From Patescibacteria group bacterium (GTDB taxonomy: Bacteria > Patescibacteriota > Microgenomatia > Levybacterales > UBA12049), in assembly GCA_038064195.1 (NCBI GenBank), contig JBBTTO010000002.1, forward strand, positions 141,356 through 205,355: a stretch of DNA of 64,000 bases, in the 5' to 3' direction. The position numbers and the translations under genes were made by a program. The notes under the pieces were generated by a model that did not search any database, was not told where the DNA came from, and was given only the letters and a program-made list of their open reading frames with translations. Below are positions 47,221 through 55,528 of the stretch, piece by piece (position 1 is the first letter of the stretch; each line of letters opens with the position of its first letter).

Positions 47221-48048
47221 ATGGATAAAAATGTAAATCCAAACAAAGCGTTGTGGGAGAAGGGGGACTTTACCGAGATTGCCGTCTTTATGCGTCAATC
47301 CGGAGAGGAGCTCGTTAAGTCTCTCGGGATAACCCCACAGATGCGGATTTTGGACCTCGGCTGCGGAGATGGCACGACCGCGATTCCTCTGGCCCAGTTG
47401 GGTGCAGAGGTTGTCGGAATCGATATCGCCCAAAACCTCGTTGACGCAGGGAACAAACGGGCGGCGGAGATGGGTCTTGCCAAACTCACATTTCAAGAGG
47501 GAGACGCATGTAATTTGCAAGGAGTCCCGGACCACTTATTTGATTTGACGATCACAATCTTTGGCGCTATGTTTGCTCCCAAGCCCTTCGACGTAGCAAA
47601 GGAAATGGTCCGTGTCACCAAACCGGGTGGTCGTATCGTGATGGGTAACTGGATCCCAAATGATCCGACCTCATTTGTCTCACAGCTTTTAAAGATAAGC
47701 GCAGCGTTTACACCTCCCCCACCTGAGGGCTTTATCAGTCCAATGATGTGGGGCGTGGAAGATCAGATCATCGAGCGTTTTGCTCAGGCCGGAGTAGCCA
47801 AAGATAAAATATCTATGGTCAAGGATATGTACTCTTTCATATCGCCTGACAAAAGCCCAGAGCAGTTTATTGATTCTTTAGAACGATTCTACGGGCCGAC
47901 AATGAACGCTGTTGATGCCGCTCAAAAGAGCGGAAAAATGAATGATCTTCACAGTCAACTTTTGGAATTAGCAGAAGCGCAAAACAGGAGCACTGACGGT
48001 AGTACTTCAATACCTGCTACTTTCCTGCGAGTTACTGTTAACCTCTGA
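47221..48048 (+). CDS. Class I SAM-dependent methyltransferase
   Basis: 275 aa; motif I ILDLGCGDGTTAIPLAQLGAEVVGIDIA. Confidence 0.85.
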   Translation: MDKNVNPNKALWEKGDFTEIAVFMRQSGEELVKSLGITPQMRILDLGCGDGTTAIPLAQLGAEVVGIDIAQNLVDAGNKRAAEMGLAKLTFQEGDACNLQGVPDHLFDLTITIFGAMFAPKPFDVAKEMVRVTKPGGRIVMGNWIPNDPTSFVSQLLKISAAFTPPPPEGFISPMMWGVEDQIIERFAQAGVAKDKISMVKDMYSFISPDKSPEQFIDSLERFYGPTMNAVDAAQKSGKMNDLHSQLLELAEAQNRSTDGSTSIPATFLRVTVNL

Positions 48049-48356
48049 GCTCATGCCCGCCGGTCTCTTACGCGCCAAAGCTTCAGCGACGAGCGCAGGC
48101 AGGTGTAACTGACTTTCTCAAAGATCTTGATGATTGCCTCAAAATCCTGGCTGTGTACTATTATCAGGTGCGGGGAGCATTTCTATTAGGGTTGACAACG
48201 CAGACTAACAGGAGTATAGGTAAGTTATGAGAAAGGCAGAATTTTCATGTTCTCTTCTTGTGCTTCCTCTTTTCCTTTTGTTTCCCCCTCACCACGTATT
48301 CAAACTTACAAAAAAAAACACTCAAGCAAACTTTTGATGAAAGGAGGTGAAAAAAC

Positions 48357-48641
48357 ATGAATGTTAGAAGAATTTTAGCAGGAGCAGTTGCCAGCGCAGT
48401 TATGTTTTCGGCTATGGCAGTACCAGCATTTGGAGCTAATCCAGGATACGGGGAACAACCAGGTTACGCCAAAGCATCAGCTTGTGGACAAGTCCATGGC
48501 TCTTTCTCATATTTTGACGGCGATACAAATCTCGGAGTTAAAAGTCTTGGACCAGGAACTCCGGTGTACCACGGTGGCGCAGTCGGACAAGAACCAGGAG
48601 CGACAGGTTACAATAATTCTAATACCGATTGTCAGGAGTAA
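48357..48641 (+). CDS. Small secreted Gly-rich protein (two Cys)
   Basis: 94 aa; strong RBS AAAGGAGGTGA; signal peptide ...AMAVPAFGA; a long CT-rich 5' leader precedes it. Confidence 0.7.
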   Translation: MNVRRILAGAVASAVMFSAMAVPAFGANPGYGEQPGYAKASACGQVHGSFSYFDGDTNLGVKSLGPGTPVYHGGAVGQEPGATGYNNSNTDCQE

Positions 48642-48879
48642 AAAAAACTTTCAGAATAAATTTGTTCTGAGAGACAACAACTCATTGGAGAAATCCAGTG
48701 GGTTGTTTTATGAGAAAGCTATATTTTGTCGGGAATGTATTTTTAATCTCTTCCTGCCTTTGTCTTAGTTCTCCGATATACCTCAAGTCCTGAATAGGAA
48801 GTCTTAATGATAAAAAAGAAAAGGTCTATAAAACAACTTTCTTTGAGCACGAACGACAGTAATAGTGTATAATGCAGCT

Positions 48880-49017
48880 ATGGCAAAAAGAGCGACAGGA
48901 CTTGGACTTAAAACACGCAAGAAATCCCGTTCCCACAATTCACGTAAAACAGCTAAGAGACTTGAGGCAAAAAGAGTCATGCTGGAATTAAAAGCGAGCA
49001 AGCGCCGCAGTAAATAA
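48880..49017 (+). CDS. Small basic protein (45 aa), not in the ORF track
   Basis: MAKRATGLGLKTRKKSRSHNSRKTAKRLEAKRVMLELKASKRRSK. It is preceded by an extended -10 TGTATAAT ending about 7 nt before the ATG (leaderless-like). The antisense track ORF 48804..49043 looks random. Confidence 0.35.
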   Translation: MAKRATGLGLKTRKKSRSHNSRKTAKRLEAKRVMLELKASKRRSK

Positions 49018-49090
49018 TCCCTTTTGTAAGTTTTTTTACTCAAATTCTCCCCCCAACTTTAACCTTAGATTTTTCTGTTATAATCAGGCT

Positions 49091-49525
49091 ATGGATAGGA
49101 GAGTTCAGGAATTCCTTAAAACCCACAGGATTAGCGTTCTGGCGATTTCTCAATCTGATGGTGCTGTCCATGCAGCCGCATTACATTATAGTTTTGCCAC
49201 AGACATTTCTTTTTTCTTTATCACCGAAAAGGAAAGTGAGAAATGTAAATCACTCCTTGATGGTAGTACCCGTGCTGCAGCAGTTGTTATCGGGTTAAGC
49301 GAGGAAGAGTTTGTCACTTTCCAGGCAGACGGACAGGTTGTGATGATTACTGATGTTAAGCATCCGGGCTGGGATGTCTATATCGATAAGTATCCTACAC
49401 GAAGTCGAGCCAAACTCAGTGAGGATTATGTCCTGCTGCAGTTCGTCCCCAGTGTATGGAAGTATCAAGACATCAAGACAGATCCAAAGACCAAAATCAC
49501 CTCAGGAGGGCTGACTTTTCCTTAA
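49091..49525 (+). CDS. Pyridoxamine 5'-phosphate oxidase-like FMN-binding split-barrel protein
   Basis: 144 aa; general-stress-protein-26-like. Confidence 0.7.
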   Translation: MDRRVQEFLKTHRISVLAISQSDGAVHAAALHYSFATDISFFFITEKESEKCKSLLDGSTRAAAVVIGLSEEEFVTFQADGQVVMITDVKHPGWDVYIDKYPTRSRAKLSEDYVLLQFVPSVWKYQDIKTDPKTKITSGGLTFP

Positions 49526-49563
49526 CAATAATAACGAAAAATCTTCTGTTATAATCACCTTTA

Positions 49564-49998
49564 ATGAGACTGTTGCCGTCAACTAAGATCTATCTCTCAG
49601 ATTCTCATATTCCCCATGCCGGTCGAGGTGTATTTGCGAGGGAGGATATAAAAAAAGGAGATCTTATCGAATGTTGTCCGATTATTCTTATCCCTGAAAA
49701 TCACGTTCCCTTTATCCGTAAGACGGAATTGCGTAATTATTATTTTATGTGGGGTGATGATGAAGTACATCACAAGGCAGGTATTTGTCTGGGTTTTGGC
49801 TCACTCTACAACCATTCCTATAAGCCAAATGCAACGTACAGGAAATTATTGGATGAAAAGCTAATTGAATTTGTTGCAATTAAGGATATAAAGATTGATG
49901 AGGAGATAACGGTGAATTACAATCACGGTAACCCGGATGATACTTCCCCGCTCTGGATGAAATCCGTCCCCTCTGCAAAAGACGAAGGAAATTATTAG
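49564..49998 (+). CDS. SET-domain protein (putative lysine methyltransferase)
   Basis: 144 aa; GFGSLYNHSYKPNATY (NHSxxPN) and EEITVNY (post-SET ELxxxY-like) signatures. Confidence 0.75.
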   Translation: MRLLPSTKIYLSDSHIPHAGRGVFAREDIKKGDLIECCPIILIPENHVPFIRKTELRNYYFMWGDDEVHHKAGICLGFGSLYNHSYKPNATYRKLLDEKLIEFVAIKDIKIDEEITVNYNHGNPDDTSPLWMKSVPSAKDEGNY

Positions 49999-50039
49999 AT
50001 AAGCGATTTACCAGAGCTGTTTCGTAAGAAGATAGTAAA

Positions 50040-50456
50040 ATGTCTTGTCTTTTTTCTTTTTTAGACTATACTGTTGTTATGTTGAATTTTGATAATATTC
50101 TCCTCTCCTCAGACGACCATAAGCGACTGGTTGAGTTTTATGGTAAAGTCTTTGACAAAAAGCCAGATATGGAAGATGACAATTATGCAGGCTATATGGT
50201 AGGAAATTTTTTCCTAGGTATTGGTGGACATGATAAAGTACATGGCAAAAATAAAAACCCTGAAAGGGTGCTTTTCAATTTTTCCACCAAAGAAGTCAAA
50301 GAAGAGTTTGCCAGGATTAGTAAAATTGACGGCGCAGAAGTTATCAAAGAGCCCTACCAAATGGAAGGAATGGGAGTGACTGTTTGGATCGCGACTCTTT
50401 CAGATCCTGACGGTAATTATTTTCAACTTATGACCCCTTGGGAGGAGAATAAATAA
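50040..50456 (+). CDS. Glyoxalase/bleomycin-resistance (VOC) family protein
   Basis: 138 aa; C-terminal ...LSDPDGNYFQLM typical of VOC fold. Confidence 0.8.
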   Translation: MSCLFSFLDYTVVMLNFDNILLSSDDHKRLVEFYGKVFDKKPDMEDDNYAGYMVGNFFLGIGGHDKVHGKNKNPERVLFNFSTKEVKEEFARISKIDGAEVIKEPYQMEGMGVTVWIATLSDPDGNYFQLMTPWEENK

Positions 50457-50632
50457 TGGATTCACACAGACACTATATTTGTACTGGCGGTTGTGGAGCT
50501 ATATCCGATACTCTCGGATCGTGTCAGGATGAGAATTGTACCAAACATGGTCAAGCCTTTAGCGAATGTGATTGTACTGATGGTAAGCATCACAAAGAAA
50601 GTACAGAAGAGCCAAAAGAAGAGATTTTTTAA
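50456..50632 (+). CDS. Small Cys-rich (7 Cys) putative metal-binding peptide, not in the ORF track
   Basis: ATG overlaps the upstream TAA (TAATG). MDSHRHYICTGGCGAISDTLGSCQDENCTKHGQAFSECDCTDGKHHKESTEEPKEEIF, 58 aa. Confidence 0.4.
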   Translation: MDSHRHYICTGGCGAISDTLGSCQDENCTKHGQAFSECDCTDGKHHKESTEEPKEEIF

Positions 50633-50864
50633 GTCTTGCTTGAGTCTAGACCTAGGTGGGAGTTGTTATGCTATATTTGAATTATGATTGATCCGAATCT
50701 CCTCAGAATTCTTGTCTTCGTCGTTGTGGGTGGGTTGATTTTTCTTGCCTTCACTTACCTTATTAGCTTTTTGCGACCGCTTATTATAGCGGCTATTCTT
50801 ATAATTATTGCCTATCTCATCTTTCGCTTCTTCATCACCGGAACAATCAGCATTTAGGAAATTT

Positions 50865-51419
50865 TTACCTGCTGCAACTGGGCCAGGCATTTTGACCTCC
50901 GTGGGCGATCTTAAAGGCAGCTGTTTTGATCGCTTCCTCAGGGTTTTTCCTCAAATCAGGATTTGGATCCGCATTCATCATTTGGCGTGTCGCTATCCAT
51001 GAGTCAGGCGAGAACTGGAACATCCCCAGGTAGTCCATAAAGCTGGCCTCACTATTAAAGCCTGACTCGCACCTGGCTATTTTTTTCAGCAACTCCTTGT
51101 CGACGCTTTGTTCACCTGCATATTTACTAAAAAGCGTCTCCAGGTCATCTGAGGTAACAATCGGAGTGGGGGTGACAGTCGGAGTTGGTGTAGCGGTGGG
51201 TAGAGGTGTGGGAGTAGCTGTTGGAAGGGGTGTGGGAGTTGCGGTGGGAGTGGGTGTTGCCGTGGGTGTTGGCTTAATCCGTTGGTGAACTATAGCTATC
51301 TTTTTGCTGGGGAGGGGGCTTATGAGGTGAGGTTTTTGGTGGGAGATGACAAAAGAACCTGCGTAACTGCCTAAAGACAGCAGGGAGACGAAGGCAAATC
51401 CGGTCAAATTGCCTAACAT
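50865..51419 (-). CDS. Rpf-like (transglycosylase-like domain) protein with TM anchor and PT linker
   Basis: 184 aa; C-terminal IARCESGFNSEA...GMFQFSPDSWIA...GQNAWPSCS matches the resuscitation-promoting-factor transglycosylase-like domain. Confidence 0.75.
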   Translation of the reverse strand: MLGNLTGFAFVSLLSLGSYAGSFVISHQKPHLISPLPSKKIAIVHQRIKPTPTATPTPTATPTPLPTATPTPLPTATPTPTVTPTPIVTSDDLETLFSKYAGEQSVDKELLKKIARCESGFNSEASFMDYLGMFQFSPDSWIATRQMMNADPNPDLRKNPEEAIKTAAFKIAHGGQNAWPSCSR

Positions 51420-51661
51420 CTCTCTATGATAACATATTTGAGTTTTTGAGCCTTTATTCCTATCTCTTCCTTCATCTCCCGCAGAGCTGTTTGTCTAATG
51501 GTCTCCCCGATTTGCTGCTTGCCTCCGACTCCGTTCCATTTGCTTACCCCAAAGCCTCTTTTTTTCATCGCGAGTAAGATCTGCTTTTCTTTTATGAGAA
51601 AGGAAAGGGTAGTTCTAGGGAGAGGATCTGTAAGCGTTTGTTCGTAATCACGTAGCTTCAT
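51413..51661 (-). pseudogene. NUDIX hydrolase, apparently truncated after the Nudix box
   Basis: 82 aa; Nudix box GGKQQIGETIRQTALREMKEEIGI is present, but the ORF ends about 17 aa later where it meets the next gene. This is too short for an intact Nudix fold. Confidence 0.45.
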
Positions 51662-51678
51662 TAATCAGAGTATAGCAT

Positions 51679-52248
51679 GTGGTATACTCAAAAGAGATGA
51701 ATGTCTTGAGACGTTGGCTGCCCTTAGCAATTCTTACGACCTGTCTGTCAGGACTTATGTATGTGGCTGTCCAACAAACCTTGCGACTGAGTGCAAATGA
51801 TCCGCAAATTCAGTTGGCAGAGGATACCGCTCTTAAGCTTACAACCCAGGATGATACTGTCCAAATTACCTCCCTGCCTAAAATAGATATCGCTAAAAGT
51901 CTTTCTCCTTTTGTTATTATTTATGATGCCTCAGGGAAAGTAGTCTCAGCAACGGGTGATATTGAAGGCGAGACACCTGAAGTACCAATGGGAGTCTTTG
52001 CCTATACCAAAGAGCATAGGGAAGATCGTTTTACCTGGCAGCCACGACAGGGGGTGCGTATCGCGGCAGTTATGCGACATTATAGCGGTCGTACGACAGG
52101 CTATGTTCTGGCAGGGAGATCTTTGCGGGAAGTAGAAAAGCGTGAAGATCGCCTCATGCGCCAAGTCGGTCTGATGTGGGTTGTAACACTGGCTGCCACA
52201 CTGATTGGCGTATTAGTTACCAGCACCTCAGAGAAGCGCAAAAAATAA
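51679..52248 (+). CDS. Hypothetical membrane protein (N- and C-terminal TM helices)
   Basis: 189 aa. Confidence 0.6.
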   Translation: MVYSKEMNVLRRWLPLAILTTCLSGLMYVAVQQTLRLSANDPQIQLAEDTALKLTTQDDTVQITSLPKIDIAKSLSPFVIIYDASGKVVSATGDIEGETPEVPMGVFAYTKEHREDRFTWQPRQGVRIAAVMRHYSGRTTGYVLAGRSLREVEKREDRLMRQVGLMWVVTLAATLIGVLVTSTSEKRKK

Positions 52249-52794
52249 TTACACCTCAGTTTTTACTAATGGCTTGAATTCTTTATAGAGTTTGGTAATC
52301 TTAGGATCGATAACAATCCTACAATAAGGATTTGAGCTGCTGTTTTTTTCATAATAATCCTGATGATGTGCCTCAGCCTTGAAAAATTGTTCAAAAGGCT
52401 CAATTTTAGTCACAATCGGATCCTGGTACATGCCTGATTTATCCGCCTCATTTTTTGAACTTTCAGCAATTTTTTGCTGCTCCTTATTATGATAAAAGAT
52501 CACCGAGCGATACTGCGTTCCGACATCAGCTCCCTGGCGGTTAAGAGTTGTCGGATCATGCAGCTTCCAGAAGACATCAAGAAGAGTTTTGAAGGAAATA
52601 ATATCAGGATCAAAAGTGATTTGTATAGCCTCAGCATGGTCGGTGGTGCCCATACTGACATCGTCGTAATGAGCTTTCTCCACTGATCCCCCGCTATAGC
52701 CTGAGATAGCTGACTGGACTCCCTTAAGGTGCTTAAAAACAGCTTCAATACACCAAAAACAGCCTCCGGCAAGTGTGGCTGTCTCTTTTTTCAT
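52249..52794 (-). CDS. msrA: Peptide methionine sulfoxide reductase MsrA
   Basis: 181 aa; active-site GCFWCIEAVF. Confidence 0.9.
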   Translation of the reverse strand: MKKETATLAGGCFWCIEAVFKHLKGVQSAISGYSGGSVEKAHYDDVSMGTTDHAEAIQITFDPDIISFKTLLDVFWKLHDPTTLNRQGADVGTQYRSVIFYHNKEQQKIAESSKNEADKSGMYQDPIVTKIEPFEQFFKAEAHHQDYYEKNSSSNPYCRIVIDPKITKLYKEFKPLVKTEV

Positions 52795-52873
52795 AGGTCT
52801 ATTATACCTTACTCAGTAAAGGGAGCTTTAGGCTTGACATTAGAGAGTAATTATGGTACTATAGGTCACTATT

Positions 52874-53107
52874 ATGCGTCCTGAAGAAGTTTCACCCCGA
52901 ATCGTTGTTGCCTTACTTGGTATTATTTTGCTGTTTGTCAGCATTTATTTAGGCTTCTTGCGTATCGATACGTATTTGCGAAATGCTGCAATTGATACCT
53001 GTGCAGCTGCCTCCCGTTATGAGAAAAATGACAAAGCTCAGAATGCGGTTATCGCCTACCCTATTCAGGATGTCTATGAGAATTGTTTGAAGCGTAAAGG
53101 TATCTAA
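52874..53107 (+). CDS. Small membrane protein
   Basis: 77 aa, one TM helix. Confidence 0.4.
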   Translation: MRPEEVSPRIVVALLGIILLFVSIYLGFLRIDTYLRNAAIDTCAAASRYEKNDKAQNAVIAYPIQDVYENCLKRKGI

Positions 53108-53421
53108 GCAGTCTTGATGTCCGTTTGTTGTCCCCAAAGTGCCATTTGGTCAATCACTACTTTAAGAGACTTCCCTTTTTCAGTTAATGTATATTCCACA
53201 TGGAGAGGAATCTCGGCAAAAATCTTCTTTGTAATAATTTTATTCTTTTCTAATTGTTGCAGTCTTTCAGAAAGAGTTTTTGGACTAATGCCAGGCAGAG
53301 CTCGCTGAAGTTGACCAAACCTTTTGGTCCCCCCACACAGCTCATGGAGTATAAGAATAGTCCATTTGCTACCAATAATTTTGAGTGTTTTACTGACCCA
53401 GCAGTCTTGTTCGGCTGTCAT
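53104..53421 (-). CDS. HxlR-family winged-helix transcriptional regulator
   Basis: 105 aa; GSKWTILILHELCGGTKRFGQLQRAL...; divergent from an oxidoreductase gene, as is typical. Confidence 0.85.
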   Translation of the reverse strand: MTAEQDCWVSKTLKIIGSKWTILILHELCGGTKRFGQLQRALPGISPKTLSERLQQLEKNKIITKKIFAEIPLHVEYTLTEKGKSLKVVIDQMALWGQQTDIKTA

Positions 53422-53461
53422 ACTATATATATTGTAACTACTTTACATTTTAAAGTATGAA

Positions 53462-54094
53462 GTGTATATTGTCAATATGATACGTTTAATGATCATTCTC
53501 GGCAGCACCCGTGAGGGACGTTTTGGTGAAAAAATCGCCGACTGGGTCATAGAACAAGTAACGCTACTGAAAGACTTTAAGGTAGATTTTGTCGATCTTC
53601 GTGATATAGAGTTACCATTTTTTGCTGAGGCCTTACCACCTGCTGCAATTAAGGACGGCAATTATAGCAATCCTCAAGCACTAGCATGGAGTCAAAGAGT
53701 CAAAGAGGCAGATGCTTTTCTTATTATCACGCTCGAATACAATCATAGTTATCCGGCTGTTCTTAAAAATGCTTTGGACTATGTTTACTATGAATGGAAC
53801 AACAAACCGGCTGCTTTTGTCGGATATGGAGTTGTCGGTGCCGTGCGGGCTATAGAACATTTACGCGGAGTTGTGGCTCAATTACAAATGGTATCAGTTC
53901 AGGAGGCAGTTCATATGAATATTTTCCCCTCGCCCTTTGATGAGGATCAAGAAATGACTGAGGAGCATTATAACCATAAATTAACAAGCGTTTTTAAACA
54001 ACTGTTGTGGTGGGCACAAGCATTAAAGCTCGCCAGGCTGGAGTCTTCATCCCCAAGACCGGCTGTTAGCCAAAGAGTTGTTTCTTCAAACTGA
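53462..54094 (+). CDS. NAD(P)H-dependent FMN reductase (flavodoxin-like fold)
   Basis: 210 aa; MIRLMIILGSTREGRFGEKIADWV... Confidence 0.8.
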   Translation: MYIVNMIRLMIILGSTREGRFGEKIADWVIEQVTLLKDFKVDFVDLRDIELPFFAEALPPAAIKDGNYSNPQALAWSQRVKEADAFLIITLEYNHSYPAVLKNALDYVYYEWNNKPAAFVGYGVVGAVRAIEHLRGVVAQLQMVSVQEAVHMNIFPSPFDEDQEMTEEHYNHKLTSVFKQLLWWAQALKLARLESSSPRPAVSQRVVSSN

Positions 54095-54422
54095 GAAAGA
54101 ATTTACCCCAAAATCCTGATTTTTTGTATTTTTGGTATTCTTCTTTTTTATAATAATCCATAGTTCCCGGTAGCGGTGGGTCGATCCAGTTGGAGAGAAT
54201 AATCCATTCACGTCGTTCGTTTTGTTTGGCAATGATGGTAACAAGGGATGGTCCGAAACGCCGCTGGTACTCAATGGTCCCCGGGTTTTTCCCGGTAAGC
54301 TGTCGGTCAGGATTGGAAAATGCCTGCCAGGCGAGGTCTTGTGAGAGCCCCCGCTGCCCGAGTCGCTCAAGCGCGTGATTGGTCCAGATAGCACCCTTGT
54401 AATGGTTGGTCGGTTCTGCCAT
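54066..54422 (-). CDS. DUF4258-like protein
   Basis: 118 aa; N-terminal HALERLGQRGLS... resembles the DUF4258 H..ER..eRgIs motif; its 3' end overlaps the FMN-reductase 3' end by about 29 nt. Confidence 0.5.
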   Translation of the reverse strand: MAEPTNHYKGAIWTNHALERLGQRGLSQDLAWQAFSNPDRQLTGKNPGTIEYQRRFGPSLVTIIAKQNERREWIILSNWIDPPLPGTMDYYKKEEYQKYKKSGFWGKFFLSLKKQLFG

Positions 54423-54485
54423 GTAATTATTATCTCATAGAGTTACTCCAGTTGCAGAGCTGCTTTACCTCTCATTCTTATGTCT

Positions 54486-55265
54486 CTAAAACCGGATTGT
54501 TCGAACAATCTCAATTGCATTCTCAAGAGAAAAATCTCCGACTCGTGTTCGTTTGATTGACAAGGCAAGAGCCGGGTAGCCGAGTTCTTTTCCTATTTGC
54601 TGACAGAGAGAGCGGATATATGTTCCGCTACTGACTGTAGCAGTGCAGGTTAAAAGCGGAAATGAAGATTGCGGCGGTATATGTAAGTCAGACCAGTCTT
54701 TACTAATATCTTCCTGTCGAAAGTCACCCCTAACTTTTTTGATACGACTTATTACAGCTTGAACAAGCTTTTTTTGCTTGATCAGAGAAGTAGAGTTGAG
54801 AGTTAATGATGTTATTGTTATTTCTTTCATAGGGATAGTAATTTCTCCGATCTTATTCTTTCGAGCCCAATAATAAAGCGGTTTGCCATTAACTGTTTTG
54901 GAAGAGAAAGGTGGGTAAGGTTGAGTTCGTGTCCCTTTAAATATTGAAAATATTTTTTCTATTTCCTTCTGCTCAGGGATGATGACAGCTTGGACTTTTT
55001 CTATTCGCCCCAAACAGTCATAGGTGTCAGTACTTATGCCAAGCAGGAGTTCAAATTGATATGTCTTTGGTAGCTCTTCATATTCTCTTCGTTTTTTATT
55101 TTCATTACCTACAAGAACAAGCAGTAGTCCTTCAGCCATAGGATCAAGTCGACCGGCAAAGCTCAATTTTTCTTTTTGATAGAGCGGATGCTGCTTTTTA
55201 AATGCGGTAATTGCTTGGAGAGGGGTGAGGCCCTGCGGCTTATTGAGTAGGATATGAGATTGCAT
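54486..55265 (-). CDS. truB: tRNA pseudouridine(55) synthase
   Basis: 259 aa; GRLDPMAEGLLLVLVG catalytic Asp motif. Confidence 0.9.
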   Translation of the reverse strand: MQSHILLNKPQGLTPLQAITAFKKQHPLYQKEKLSFAGRLDPMAEGLLLVLVGNENKKRREYEELPKTYQFELLLGISTDTYDCLGRIEKVQAVIIPEQKEIEKIFSIFKGTRTQPYPPFSSKTVNGKPLYYWARKNKIGEITIPMKEITITSLTLNSTSLIKQKKLVQAVISRIKKVRGDFRQEDISKDWSDLHIPPQSSFPLLTCTATVSSGTYIRSLCQQIGKELGYPALALSIKRTRVGDFSLENAIEIVRTIRF

Positions 55266-55528
55266 CGGGCAATTGTACCATGTGTGTGGTATCTCTTGCG
55301 GATTCCTTACCCTTTTTTATTTTGGTTCACACAAGAGTAGTGTACAGTGAGCCTATGCAAAGAGTCATAACAGTTTCTGGGGCGCTACAAAAACAGCGTC
55401 AAGAAAAATTAAAAGAGATTGAAATAAGACTCCCTGATTTCAAACAAGCTCTGAAAAAGAATACGCTTCTTGTATCCTTTTATAGAGTGCTCGTCTCTCC
55501 GGTCTGAGCGTATTAGCAGTCTATTGAC

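Noticed and set aside
48804-49043. 79-aa minus-strand ORF
   Set aside because: Its composition looks random. The opposite strand has a promoter-fed basic 45-aa ORF that better explains the region, though neither is certain.
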